A stretch of 18,730 nt of DNA, from assembly GCA_018238625.1 (NCBI GenBank), contig JABCSY010000079.1, positions 1 through 18,730 of the forward strand. Reading direction: 5' to 3'. This document shows, piece after piece, positions 1 to 8,164 of the stretch. The DNA is from Promethearchaeota archaeon (GTDB lineage Archaea; Asgardarchaeota; Lokiarchaeia; Sigyniarchaeales; SOKP01). Each line of letters starts with the position of its first letter. Position 1 is the first letter of the stretch. A program made the translations under genes and the position numbers. The notes under the pieces are model-generated. The model was not told the origin of the DNA, searched no databases, and saw only the letters and a list, made by a program, of their open reading frames with translations.

Positions 1-154
1 ATTAAACTTTATATTCTTAAAGGAGGTGGTTTAAAAACAGTCAAATTTTATACTAAATAATTTTAAAATAATTATCCTTAAAAGGTAATCACCAGCTAAT
101 GAAAATTATTTTGAAAGAATTATTAATCTAAGAGTATTGTGTGAGGAGGAAAAA

Positions 155-445
155 ATGACGAAAAAGTTATTTGTATTTTTAGTTAGTTTAATCTTCATTT
201 TAACTACCGGACTTTCTGCTTTTGCTGTGGATATTAAAGGAATTGTAATTGATTCACGAACTGATGAACAACTGAGCGGTGTAAATATTTATATTGAAGA
301 AACTATGAAAGGGGATATGGCTGATTCAAGCGGGTATTTTGAGATAGATAATATTGATGCGGGTAATTATAATCTTATTGTACGACTTATCGGATATAAG
401 GAAAAAGCAGTAAATATTGATAATGTAATAGCTAAAAAGCAATAA
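155..445 (+). pseudogene. Truncated secreted protein: signal peptide + CarboxypepD_reg-like beta-sandwich, typical N-terminus of bacterial TonB-dependent/SusC-like receptors
   Basis: ATG at 155 preceded by SD GAGGAGG (143-149); MTKK-hydrophobic-AFA signal peptide; pattern IKGIVID..TDEQLSGVNIYIE...G..AD..GYFEI..I.AGNYNLIVRLIGY; stops right after this domain with no plug or barrel. Confidence 0.7.
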
Positions 446-555
446 ATTCTATTTCTCTTAGTCCATGCTAATCTATAGAAAATTATACTGAAGGTTAAAA
501 AAAAAAAGAATCCTAAAAGAGCTAAAAAGACTTCAATGTTCCAATTTAAATCCAT
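367..555 (-). CDS. Small membrane protein or 5' fragment of a membrane protein (1-2 TM helices)
   Basis: ATG at 555; hydrophobic helix followed by basic KRNR loop; 3' end overlaps the convergent 155..445 ORF, so the second helix may be an antisense artefact. Confidence 0.4.
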   Translation of the reverse strand: MDLNWNIEVFLALLGFFFFLTFSIIFYRLAWTKRNRIYCFLAITLSIFTAFSLYPISRTIRL

Positions 556-599
556 AAATGCATTACTACTCTTAATTTAATAATTGAATTAGATTTTTT

Positions 600-623
600 G
601 GGTATAATTCCTTTTAGGTCATG
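600..623. repeat. Terminal inverted repeat (downstream of transposase)
   Basis: CCTTTTAGGTCATG at 610-623 is the exact reverse complement of 2138-2151. Confidence 0.85.
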
Positions 624-638
624 GTGAAATAAAAATTT

Positions 639-1946
639 TTACTCGTAAGCGCTTAGAACGGTTTGAACTGAAATACGCTTGCCTTTAGGGATTCTATACC
701 CTATTTTTTTCTTTTTACTATTTTTTATTAAATAGCTATATAAAAGGCGTCCCGCAAGATTTGTAAATGGGATGTATCCATATTCCACAAGGAAGGTGTG
801 AAGTGTGTATAATTTATGACCATATTCCCTATCTCTCTGCTTTCTCCCTGCCCCATTACTCTTTACTTGCGAATGTTTGCTTTCTATCTTGTTGGTGGTG
901 ATGTGTTTTCCCTTAAAGATTTTGAATATGGGAGTAAGCATCCGAATCATCCACTTTTTGGTGCCCGCACGGATAGATAACTTATTGGTCTCGAAATTTA
1001 CGAAAATTTTGGCAGTTCCTTCTTTCTGGAACGAATCGGATTGGTACTTCTCCAATTTTTGCCGCCATCGTTCGTTCTTATTTTGCGAAGTATCTACTTT
1101 TCGAGGTCTGCCTCTCTTTTTCTGAATCTTGCCTTTAATGAACTTGATCTCCCACTTAAACTTGAGCTCATGCTTATTACGATGAAATGCCTTCCAATGC
1201 GTGTAGATCTTATAATGTAAAAAGTGAGGACCAAGTTTTTCATATTTGCTGATGATAACCTCTCCGCGTTGCTTTTGAGTATGTAATTGAGCCACATGAA
1301 TTACTTTACTACCGAAGATCTTAGCAATTGATTTATAAGAAGGCTCGCCATCGGTGATGAGGACTTTAAGACTTTCTCTACACGCTTCAGGGATCTTGTG
1401 GAAAGCTTCAAGAATAGATTCCTTGAGATTGCCCTCATCTGCGAGTCCGATGGAAAGCGTTTCGTATTCGTTGTTGATAAATACAATTTCTGTATCAGAA
1501 TTGCCTCGAGAACCCAAATATGTCTCGTCTCCTAATATTACTCCTCTTGGAAGTGCTTTTATTTTCTGCTCAATTACCTCCGAATTCTGTTGGAAAACTT
1601 GTGAAACAAATGATTTCTTAAACTTGCTCAACTTATCTTGAGGAATTCCCCATTGTTTTGCCACTCCAGTGAGCGGATATTTTAAAATAAACAACTCGTA
1701 AAGGATCATTTTAATCTTTTCTTGATAAAGTAATAAATTCCTCATTTCAATGTACTTTCCAAACCGTTTCTCGCATTCTGAACACCTAATCCTATGAACT
1801 CTTCCATCTTCTAAATTATTATATCCGTTATATGTGAGCGTGCCCAGATGAGCACATATTTTTTGTGATTCTGATTTTAAATTCTGCTTCTTAGGACCGA
1901 AAAAAAAATTTATCCGAATTTTTTCATCTAAACTAAGATAATTCAT
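639..1946 (-). CDS. DDE transposase with N-terminal Zn ribbon and HTH, 435 aa
   Basis: C-x-H...RIRCSECEKRF Zn motif; HTH-like PLTGVAKQWGIPQDKLSKF; GDETY (D140), ITDGEPSY (D199), TNKIESKHSQVK (E355); SD-like GGTGG upstream; flanked by inverted repeats. Confidence 0.88.
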   Translation of the reverse strand: MNYLSLDEKIRINFFFGPKKQNLKSESQKICAHLGTLTYNGYNNLEDGRVHRIRCSECEKRFGKYIEMRNLLLYQEKIKMILYELFILKYPLTGVAKQWGIPQDKLSKFKKSFVSQVFQQNSEVIEQKIKALPRGVILGDETYLGSRGNSDTEIVFINNEYETLSIGLADEGNLKESILEAFHKIPEACRESLKVLITDGEPSYKSIAKIFGSKVIHVAQLHTQKQRGEVIISKYEKLGPHFLHYKIYTHWKAFHRNKHELKFKWEIKFIKGKIQKKRGRPRKVDTSQNKNERWRQKLEKYQSDSFQKEGTAKIFVNFETNKLSIRAGTKKWMIRMLTPIFKIFKGKHITTNKIESKHSQVKSNGAGRKQRDREYGHKLYTLHTFLVEYGYIPFTNLAGRLLYSYLIKNSKKKKIGYRIPKGKRISVQTVLSAYE

Positions 1947-2137
1947 CGTTTTCCCCCACCAATTTTTTTTCTCTAGTTAATATTTGGGAGATCTTTTATT
2001 TTAATGTTTTCCTTGAAGCTGATGTTTTATACAGCACAAAGCTTGATAGATAATGGGGCAAAAAGATAAAGCAACCAAAGATTTAAATGAGATCAAACTA
2101 AATTTTTACAAAATAAGAAAATAAAAAAAAAATGTGG

Positions 2138-2161
2138 CATGACCTAAAAGGCATTAATGCC
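2138..2161. repeat. Terminal inverted repeat (upstream of transposase)
   Basis: CATGACCTAAAAGGCATTAATGCC; the outer 12 nt GGCATTAATGCC are self-palindromic. Confidence 0.85.
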
Positions 2162-2269
2162 GTTAAACCTTAATTATTATTTATTTTTTTATTAAAACCT
2201 TTATTTTTGTTAAAACATAATATTATCGTCAAATGATTTTAATCATGAACTTATGTTAAATATTTTAAT

Positions 2270-3727
2270 CTAGTATTTCAATAATTTTCCACAGAAGGAA
2301 CAGAAATTGTTTTTTACTAAATTATTTTTACCACAGTCCGGACAAGCCACATAAGGTTTCTGAGTGAAAGTTTCCTCATATGCCTTTTTTGGGATTAATC
2401 CTTTGGATTTTAATAAATTCGGTTGAGGTGGTTGATTTTGTGGAAAAGAGGTCTGATGTGTATTTTGGATGTTAGACGGCTGAGAAGACGGTTGTATAGT
2501 GGTAAAAGGGTGTATTGACTGCGTAGGAACGCTTGATGGAGAACTCTTTTTTTTTATTACTGAAAATACTTTAGAACTTGAAATTAGGGCTAACAGAATA
2601 GCAATCCAAGGATATAAGTATCCTCCCCAAGGTCCAAAGAGGATTTCAACAACAAAAAGAGTATATAGCATTATAATTAATTGGGTTGAAATAAAAACAA
2701 CAAGAAGCAAACTATATCTTTTTTTACAGAGTTTTTTCATTGAACAATCTCTCCAACCAGATGCAAGTAGATAACTCCCGATCATGAATAATAATATCCC
2801 TATTATAAAAAACACAAGACCTGGCCATAGTAATAAATAATCGTCAAATACTTTCCCTTCAAAATAATAATTACTTTTTATTGATACATAAAAAAAAGCT
2901 CCGATATAAGTGAAAATTATCGAGGATATTACAAGGTTTAAACCATTTCTCTCATGACCATAAATCGTTAAACAATATTCTGTTCTGTAAAATTTATCTT
3001 TTAGTAAATTCTGAGATATACCAGTTTGATCCGAAAATCTCTTAAATGTTTCATCTCGTTCCTTTCTCAGTCTGGCTTTTCTTATGCTATCAATGAAAGA
3101 TTCTTCCGTATTAATAGTAATAGCTTCCAATTCCTCAAGAATAGCTTCTTTACGGTTACCTCTTACATATTTTACAACCAGCACAAATCCCCCTCCAAAA
3201 CCAAAGGCAATAAGTGAATTAGCCAATAATAAAAGACTCATTACTCCAAAACTAAAGTGTGTGTTCTTTCGTGGTGAAACCCATACCTCAATCACCGAAT
3301 TCTGACCAGAATTTGCCCCCCCGTCAATTTTAATAGAATTATCTATTATTAGTATTATTGTAGCTGAATTCCTTTGTATTGGAATTTCTTTGGTATAAAT
3401 ACTTTCATTAACAGATGATTTTTGAGAATTGTAAGAAAAATTACCTCCCAATTCATAATCCTCCAATCCTTCGGAGTCAGTTATTATGAAATCTACATTT
3501 TGTATGCTTTCAGCAATGATATCATAAATATAATCCCTTTCCTCATGGCTAAAAAGTTCTATAATCCAGTAAGATCCATATGATATTGTCTTTGTATCGT
3601 GCCAATCTTCAATATTAACTTGATCTTCTTCATAACACAACACACTTAAAGAACCAAAAGATAAAAGAGCTATAAAAAAGCTTAGTGATATTATAAATAG
3701 AGATCTTCTTATATAAAACCCCTCCAA
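2270..3727 (-). CDS. Multi-pass membrane protein: signal/TM, extracellular beta domain, ~5 TM helices, Q/P/S-rich linker, C-terminal zinc ribbon
   Basis: 485-aa ORF (TTG start uncertain); hydrophobic segments; CPDCG...NNFCSFCG at the C-terminus. Confidence 0.8.
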   Translation of the reverse strand: MEGFYIRRSLFIISLSFFIALLSFGSLSVLCYEEDQVNIEDWHDTKTISYGSYWIIELFSHEERDYIYDIIAESIQNVDFIITDSEGLEDYELGGNFSYNSQKSSVNESIYTKEIPIQRNSATIILIIDNSIKIDGGANSGQNSVIEVWVSPRKNTHFSFGVMSLLLLANSLIAFGFGGGFVLVVKYVRGNRKEAILEELEAITINTEESFIDSIRKARLRKERDETFKRFSDQTGISQNLLKDKFYRTEYCLTIYGHERNGLNLVISSIIFTYIGAFFYVSIKSNYYFEGKVFDDYLLLWPGLVFFIIGILLFMIGSYLLASGWRDCSMKKLCKKRYSLLLVVFISTQLIIMLYTLFVVEILFGPWGGYLYPWIAILLALISSSKVFSVIKKKSSPSSVPTQSIHPFTTIQPSSQPSNIQNTHQTSFPQNQPPQPNLLKSKGLIPKKAYEETFTQKPYVACPDCGKNNLVKNNFCSFCGKLLKY

Positions 3728-3952
3728 AATTTGATTTGTCTTATTATTTCTTATAATATTTTTATTTCTTTTAAATTATTCAGAATTTTTCGAAAAAAAA
3801 ACAGTTAATATTAATAATATCGAAAAACTATACAATAACTAATCTAGACAAAAATTATTTTTCAAATAAAAGAACAAGTAGTAGGTTAAGCTTCCATTTA
3901 TACTTAATTTGAAAAAAGAAAAATGAAAATTAGACAAAAATGAGGGATAAAA

Positions 3953-4693
3953 ATGAGTGATTTAAAAGCTGATATAAAATTCAATTTCGATGCAAAAAAA
4001 GGCATTAAAACTGCAAAGGGGTTAAAACGCTGCTTTGTAGGTGGTGAACTACCATTTGACGAGACATTAGATCTAATTGGTGAACTAATGAAAATGGATA
4101 ATATTTATTTTATGGAAAAGATTTATCCAAGTCTTAGATATATGGGGGGCCATTTTACTAATCAACAATGGGTTGATATTGATAAACACATGTTAGAAAA
4201 ATACTGCCTGATACAAGGAGAAAAGATTCTGACTATAGGTTATGCGAATGTTGCAGAGAAAAAAGTAAATACAAATGGTAGAATATTTGTAACCAACTAT
4301 AGAATTATCGTGAGTGGTCAACAAGTGGTTCGATCCGCTCAGAAAACTTATCAAACGAAACCTCGCCTTATGGGGAGTTTAGTAAGAAGTGGAATTACGC
4401 ACAAACGAAAAGCATTAAGAAAGGCAATCACAAAAGCACTGAGCGGAGAGATTTCAAATTTTGATATTGTTGAGTGGGGTTATTATTTTCCAATATCAAA
4501 TGCCCAGAAAATAAATCGTACTCCTAAAATGATTTCATATATTGTCAATATTGAAACTGAGAAGAAAACACTAAAAATGAGCCTTAAAATAACTCCTTCA
4601 CGATTAAAGAAGCAGCCAAAACCTGAATTTTTAGAACAAAGCCAAAAATTGCTAGATCAAATCGAACAATTACTCCATCAACATCAACAATAA
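3953..4693 (+). CDS. Hypothetical soluble protein, possible PH-fold/GRAM-like domain
   Basis: 246-aa ORF, ATG with GAGGG upstream; L..GEKIL....GRIFVTNYRII resembles the GRAM/PH-like signature. Confidence 0.7.
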   Translation: MSDLKADIKFNFDAKKGIKTAKGLKRCFVGGELPFDETLDLIGELMKMDNIYFMEKIYPSLRYMGGHFTNQQWVDIDKHMLEKYCLIQGEKILTIGYANVAEKKVNTNGRIFVTNYRIIVSGQQVVRSAQKTYQTKPRLMGSLVRSGITHKRKALRKAITKALSGEISNFDIVEWGYYFPISNAQKINRTPKMISYIVNIETEKKTLKMSLKITPSRLKKQPKPEFLEQSQKLLDQIEQLLHQHQQ

Positions 4694-4729
4694 AAAAACC
4701 TAATCAATGTTAGACAAGTAAAAAAAAAT

Positions 4730-4776
4730 AGTAAATTTAAAGATTAAAATTTACTCAACTTTCTTTTTTTTTATTT
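4730..4776 (+). terminator. Putative terminator (hairpin + T tract)
   Basis: AGTAAATTT (4730-4738)/AAATTTACT (4747-4755) inverted repeat followed by long T runs, downstream of stop 4693. Confidence 0.45.
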
Positions 4777-5039
4777 TGATTTTTTTTATTCAGCGAATAC
4801 TATTAATATCAAAAGACATTCGAATGCACGTTAGACAAGAAATTGGACCCGTTTTTCAGCCGGAAGTAATTCAATTTGCTGATGCCTTGCTAAAGACGAG
4901 AAGCGGTAAGATTATGCGCAGAATTCTTAAAGCCATTGCTTCCGGTACAGAAATCGGTAATGTTACGACCTTAGCCGATCCTTCCGTTGTTGATGTATTG
5001 CTTGAAGAGCGTAAGAAAATGGATGTCGAAGTAGGTTAA
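4776..5039 (+). pseudogene. acs: Acetyl-CoA synthetase C-terminal fragment
   Basis: HVRQEIGP...IQFADALLKTRSGKIMRRILKAIA....GNVTTLADPSVVD matches the Acs C-terminus (A10 motif LPKTRSGKIMRR, here P->L); only ~80 aa remain and the upstream sequence is non-coding T-rich DNA. Confidence 0.85.
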
Positions 5040-5139
5040 ATCATTTTTTTTAATGCTTATTTTTTTTTGATTGACTTTTGGAATTTATTTATATCGTTAT
5101 TTGAATAAAAGGAAATCAATATTTAAACGATTATATGTA

Positions 5140-5151
5140 TAGATATATCTA
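5140..5151. promoter_or_regulatory. Palindromic operator candidate upstream of vapB
   Basis: Perfect palindrome TAGATATATCTA 10 nt before ATG 5162, downstream of TATA-like TTTAAA (5122-5127). Confidence 0.45.
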
Positions 5152-5161
5152 GTGAGTAAAA

Positions 5162-5395
5162 ATGCCATCACGATCAATTTCAATAAAGGAAGAAATCTAT
5201 AATCAACTTGACAAATATCGATTAAAGAATGAAAGTTTCTCAGAGGCGATAAAAAGATTACTAGAATCTAACGCTGATATTCTAGATTTAGCTGGGGCTT
5301 GGAAAAAAATCCGTGATGTGGAGCCTGCATTGGATTTAGTTGAAAAAATCGTAAAAAAAATACATGATGAAGAGAATAATATTAAACTAATATAA
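5162..5395 (+). CDS. vapB: Archaeal VapB-type antitoxin (DUF217-like)
   Basis: SISIKEEIYNQL...RLKNESFSEAIKRLL......LAGAW pattern; 77 aa; 1 nt upstream of a PIN-domain gene. Confidence 0.85.
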   Translation: MPSRSISIKEEIYNQLDKYRLKNESFSEAIKRLLESNADILDLAGAWKKIRDVEPALDLVEKIVKKIHDEENNIKLI

Positions 5396-5396
5396 A

Positions 5397-5828
5397 ATGG
5401 CTGTTTTAATAGACACGAACTTCATTATTGGTTTCTTGAAAGTAGATACATTAATTGTTGAAAAAATATGAGAATATATAAAAAACAAAATTCCTATTTT
5501 TACATCTACAATTTCTATTTATGATATCTATACTGGAATCGTTGCTAATCTATACCTAAAATGGGGTAGCCCATCCAAGGTTCCAGAATTATTAGTTGCT
5601 TATGATAAATTCCTTTTAAAGTGCGGAATCCTTAACTTTACAAGAGAATCTGCTGAAAAAGCAGCAGATATTTATGCGCAATCACAAGGAAAGGGAATCA
5701 CTATTAAAGAAAAGGATTGTCAAATTGCTGGAATTGCTTTAGCTCATGGAATTACAGAAGTCTATACTCAAGATGTACAAGATTTTTCAAGGATATTTGA
5801 TATAGTTGGATTGAAGTACATCGGATAA
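5397..5828 (+). pseudogene. vapC: VapC PIN-domain toxin with one in-frame TGA at codon 25 (5469-5471)
   Basis: Manual translation: MAVLIDTNFIIGFLKVDTLIVEKI*EYIKNKIPIFTSTISIYDIYTG...ESAEKAADIYAQSQGKGITIKEKDCQIAGIALAHGITEVYTQDVQDFSRIFDIVGLKYIG; 143 codons in one frame, PIN motifs present. Confidence 0.88.
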
Positions 5829-5981
5829 AAATCTGTTAAAATTTCTTTATCACATACTTCATTCCGAATGCATTCATTACTCTTAATTATAAATAGAAAA
5901 ATCGTTTCTAATTTAAAATAATAAATTATATGGAATTTTAATAATGTTATAATGCTCTCACGATTTAAAGAAATTCCAACG

Positions 5982-8021
5982 TTAAAAAGTAATTTCTTTT
6001 GCGAGTAAATCTTTATTACTCGAAGAAGCTCCGATGTAAATTGTGTAAGCAATATTTTCAACTTCCCATGCGTTATTTTCAGGATTATACCAAGCAAGAT
6101 CTTTTTTCTTGACTTCGATTGATACAGATTTTGTTTCGTTAGGTTTCAACGCTACTCGCTTAAAACCGCGTAGGAGTTTTAAAGGGCGATCAACGCTGGA
6201 ATTCTCAAAACCTACGTATAATTGCACTATTTCTTCACCTGCAATAGAGCCAACATTCGAAACTTCTACATTAGCGACGATTTTATCATCTATTAATTCT
6301 AGTTGCATGTTTTTGTAACTATATTCCGTATAACTTAGACCAAATCCAAAAGGAAAAGCTGGTTCTCTGCGTTCCTTTTCCATTAAAGTATATCCATGAT
6401 AATATCCGTATTCGATTTCGTCAACATAGATGTCAAAGAATGGTAGATGTGCGGGATCTGTAGGGATTGTAAGAGGTAATTTTCCGCTTGGGTTAACTTC
6501 TCCAAAAAGAATGTCAGCTAAAGCGTTTCCTCCTTCCATACCGGAATACCAAGTCATTAAAATAACGGGGACTCTTGTTCTCCATTCTTCCATAAGAATA
6601 GCGCTACCCCCAATAAGTACAACTACGCATTTTTGATTAACTTTTGAAACGGCATTAATCAATTTAATTTCGTTCTCTCTCAAACCAAGGTTAATGCGAT
6701 CTCCTAATCCCTTTGTAATGTGTGGAATATATTCTCCCTCATCCTTATATGTGTAACCAACCATTAAAACTACCGCGTCTACGCTTTGAGCAATTTGTTG
6801 AGCAACTTCAAGATCGCTACCATCGTTATGTATTATTTTTACTTTGTCACCAAATCTATTTTCTAAACCATTTAAGGGCGTAATAATGTTTTTTTGGCGC
6901 ACGTGACTGCTTCCATGATCACCCGTGTTTTTTAAATTGGCTAATGGACCGATTACTGCTAAAGTATCAACTTCTTTAGAAGTAAAAGGTAATATTTTAC
7001 CTTGATTTTTAAGCAAGACTATGCTCTTCTCGGCAACTTTGCGAGCTAAAAGAACGTGTTCATCACAACCGATTAAAATAGGATCGTAATTTTGAGAGTC
7101 TTCTTTAGTAGTAAATCTTAACACTGTGCGGATAATTCTTTTTGCGGAATCTTCTATTAATTTTAAAGGAACTTTTCCTTGTTTCACTGCTTTTTCTAGT
7201 TTTCTTCCGTAATATTTTGCACGGGGCATTTCAACATCTAAGCCTCCCATGACTCCACCAATGGTATCGTGAACCCCATTCATCCAATCAGAATGCACAA
7301 AACCTTTAAATCCCCATTCACCTTTTAGTATATCTCTTAATAAGGGAGCATTATGACTGCAATACTCGCCGCGAACTTTATTATACGCCGACATAACTGT
7401 AGCACAATCTTCCTGGATACAGCGTTTAAAATGAGGGAGATAGACTTCTCGCAATGTTCGTTCGTCTAATTGCACATCAACTTTAAATCGCGAATGTTCT
7501 ATGCTATTAGCGATATAATGTTTAACTGTGGCCATAACATTATGTTTTTGTACACCACGTATCAAAGCAGCCCCAAATTCACCAAGATGAAATGGATCTT
7601 CCCCGTAAGTTTCTTGAGCTCGACCCCAGGCTGGATGCCGCAAAAGATTTACACATACGCCTCCAAAAAGATTTCCCCCGTGAGCACGTGCTTCTTTACC
7701 GATAACTTCGCCCACCTCTTCTTCGAGTTTAACATCCCACGAAGCCCCTCGAGCCATGGATACAGGGAAACAAGTAGAGCCCGGCATCATTACACCCCTT
7801 GGACCATCCGTAAATAAGAATGGGGGTATTCCTAGTCGTTTAACGCCCCCACCTGGATAAGCACGCACGCCGAAATTTCGATCTCTTAGCAATAACATAT
7901 AAAAATGTTTCCCCGACATTATGTCAACCTTTTCTTTTAATGTCATTTCGGTTAAAGCATAATCTACATAATCGTCTATTTCTCTATCTGACATTCCCTT
8001 TTTGATTTTAGGTTTTACCAT
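5982..8021 (-). CDS. Glycoside hydrolase family 3 beta-glucosidase (BglX-like) with C-terminal FnIII-like domain
   Basis: TDGPRGV, WGRAQETYGEDP, TVKHY, VMSAYN, HSDW nucleophile, GLDVEMP, NPSGKLP, FPFGFGLSYT, GEEIVQLY; no signal peptide. Confidence 0.95.
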   Translation of the reverse strand: MVKPKIKKGMSDREIDDYVDYALTEMTLKEKVDIMSGKHFYMLLLRDRNFGVRAYPGGGVKRLGIPPFLFTDGPRGVMMPGSTCFPVSMARGASWDVKLEEEVGEVIGKEARAHGGNLFGGVCVNLLRHPAWGRAQETYGEDPFHLGEFGAALIRGVQKHNVMATVKHYIANSIEHSRFKVDVQLDERTLREVYLPHFKRCIQEDCATVMSAYNKVRGEYCSHNAPLLRDILKGEWGFKGFVHSDWMNGVHDTIGGVMGGLDVEMPRAKYYGRKLEKAVKQGKVPLKLIEDSAKRIIRTVLRFTTKEDSQNYDPILIGCDEHVLLARKVAEKSIVLLKNQGKILPFTSKEVDTLAVIGPLANLKNTGDHGSSHVRQKNIITPLNGLENRFGDKVKIIHNDGSDLEVAQQIAQSVDAVVLMVGYTYKDEGEYIPHITKGLGDRINLGLRENEIKLINAVSKVNQKCVVVLIGGSAILMEEWRTRVPVILMTWYSGMEGGNALADILFGEVNPSGKLPLTIPTDPAHLPFFDIYVDEIEYGYYHGYTLMEKERREPAFPFGFGLSYTEYSYKNMQLELIDDKIVANVEVSNVGSIAGEEIVQLYVGFENSSVDRPLKLLRGFKRVALKPNETKSVSIEVKKKDLAWYNPENNAWEVENIAYTIYIGASSSNKDLLAKEITF

Positions 8022-8164
8022 TATGAACTCACTTTAAAATTAAATATCCCATAATTCAAAATCAAATTTACTTCTTAAAATTTAGCATTAAAACAACAGA
8101 AATTATTAGGAATTTTTATTTAATATTTTGATTTTTAACTTAATACAGATGTTTTAAAAATAAT

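Larger units (their letters stand above)
600..2161 (-). mobile_element. Insertion sequence (~1.56 kb), IS1/IS1595/IS6-like DDE group
   Basis: Left end 600-623 GGGTATAATTCCTTTTAGGTCATG vs reverse complement of 2138-2161 GGCATTAATGCCTTTTAGGTCATG: 20/24 identical with a 14-bp perfect core; encloses one transposase ORF; no 8-9 bp target duplication seen. Confidence 0.85.

Noticed and set aside
57-125. AT-rich stem-loop upstream of the TonB-like ORF as a riboswitch (e.g. cobalamin)
   Set aside because: Conserved riboswitch boxes not found; pairing is almost all A/T
877-1641. Short ORFs 877..1125, 1094..1297, 1301..1486, 1354..1641
   Set aside because: Antisense or off-frame shadows inside the intact transposase; no motifs and no frameshift needed
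3845-4839. TAGACAA recurring at 3845, 3931, 4711 and 4832; GTTAGAC fits the integron core GTTRRRY
   Set aside because: No matching RYYYAAC box or attC-sized hairpin, no integrase, and one copy lies in acs coding sequence
5469-5471. TGA as selenocysteine or alternative genetic code
   Set aside because: TGA terminates the HAD gene normally, the long genes have no internal TGA, the site is not Cys-like and no SECIS core was seen
557-5888. Similar intergenic 21-22-mers AATGCATTACTACTCTTAATT (557-577) and AATGCATTCATTACTCTTAATT (5867-5888)
   Set aside because: Needs a gap and a mismatch in very AT-rich DNA, so plausibly chance; a genome-wide motif search would be needed
5768-6097. 109-aa minus-strand ORF
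   Set aside because: Overlaps both the GH3 3' end and vapC; no recognisable motif
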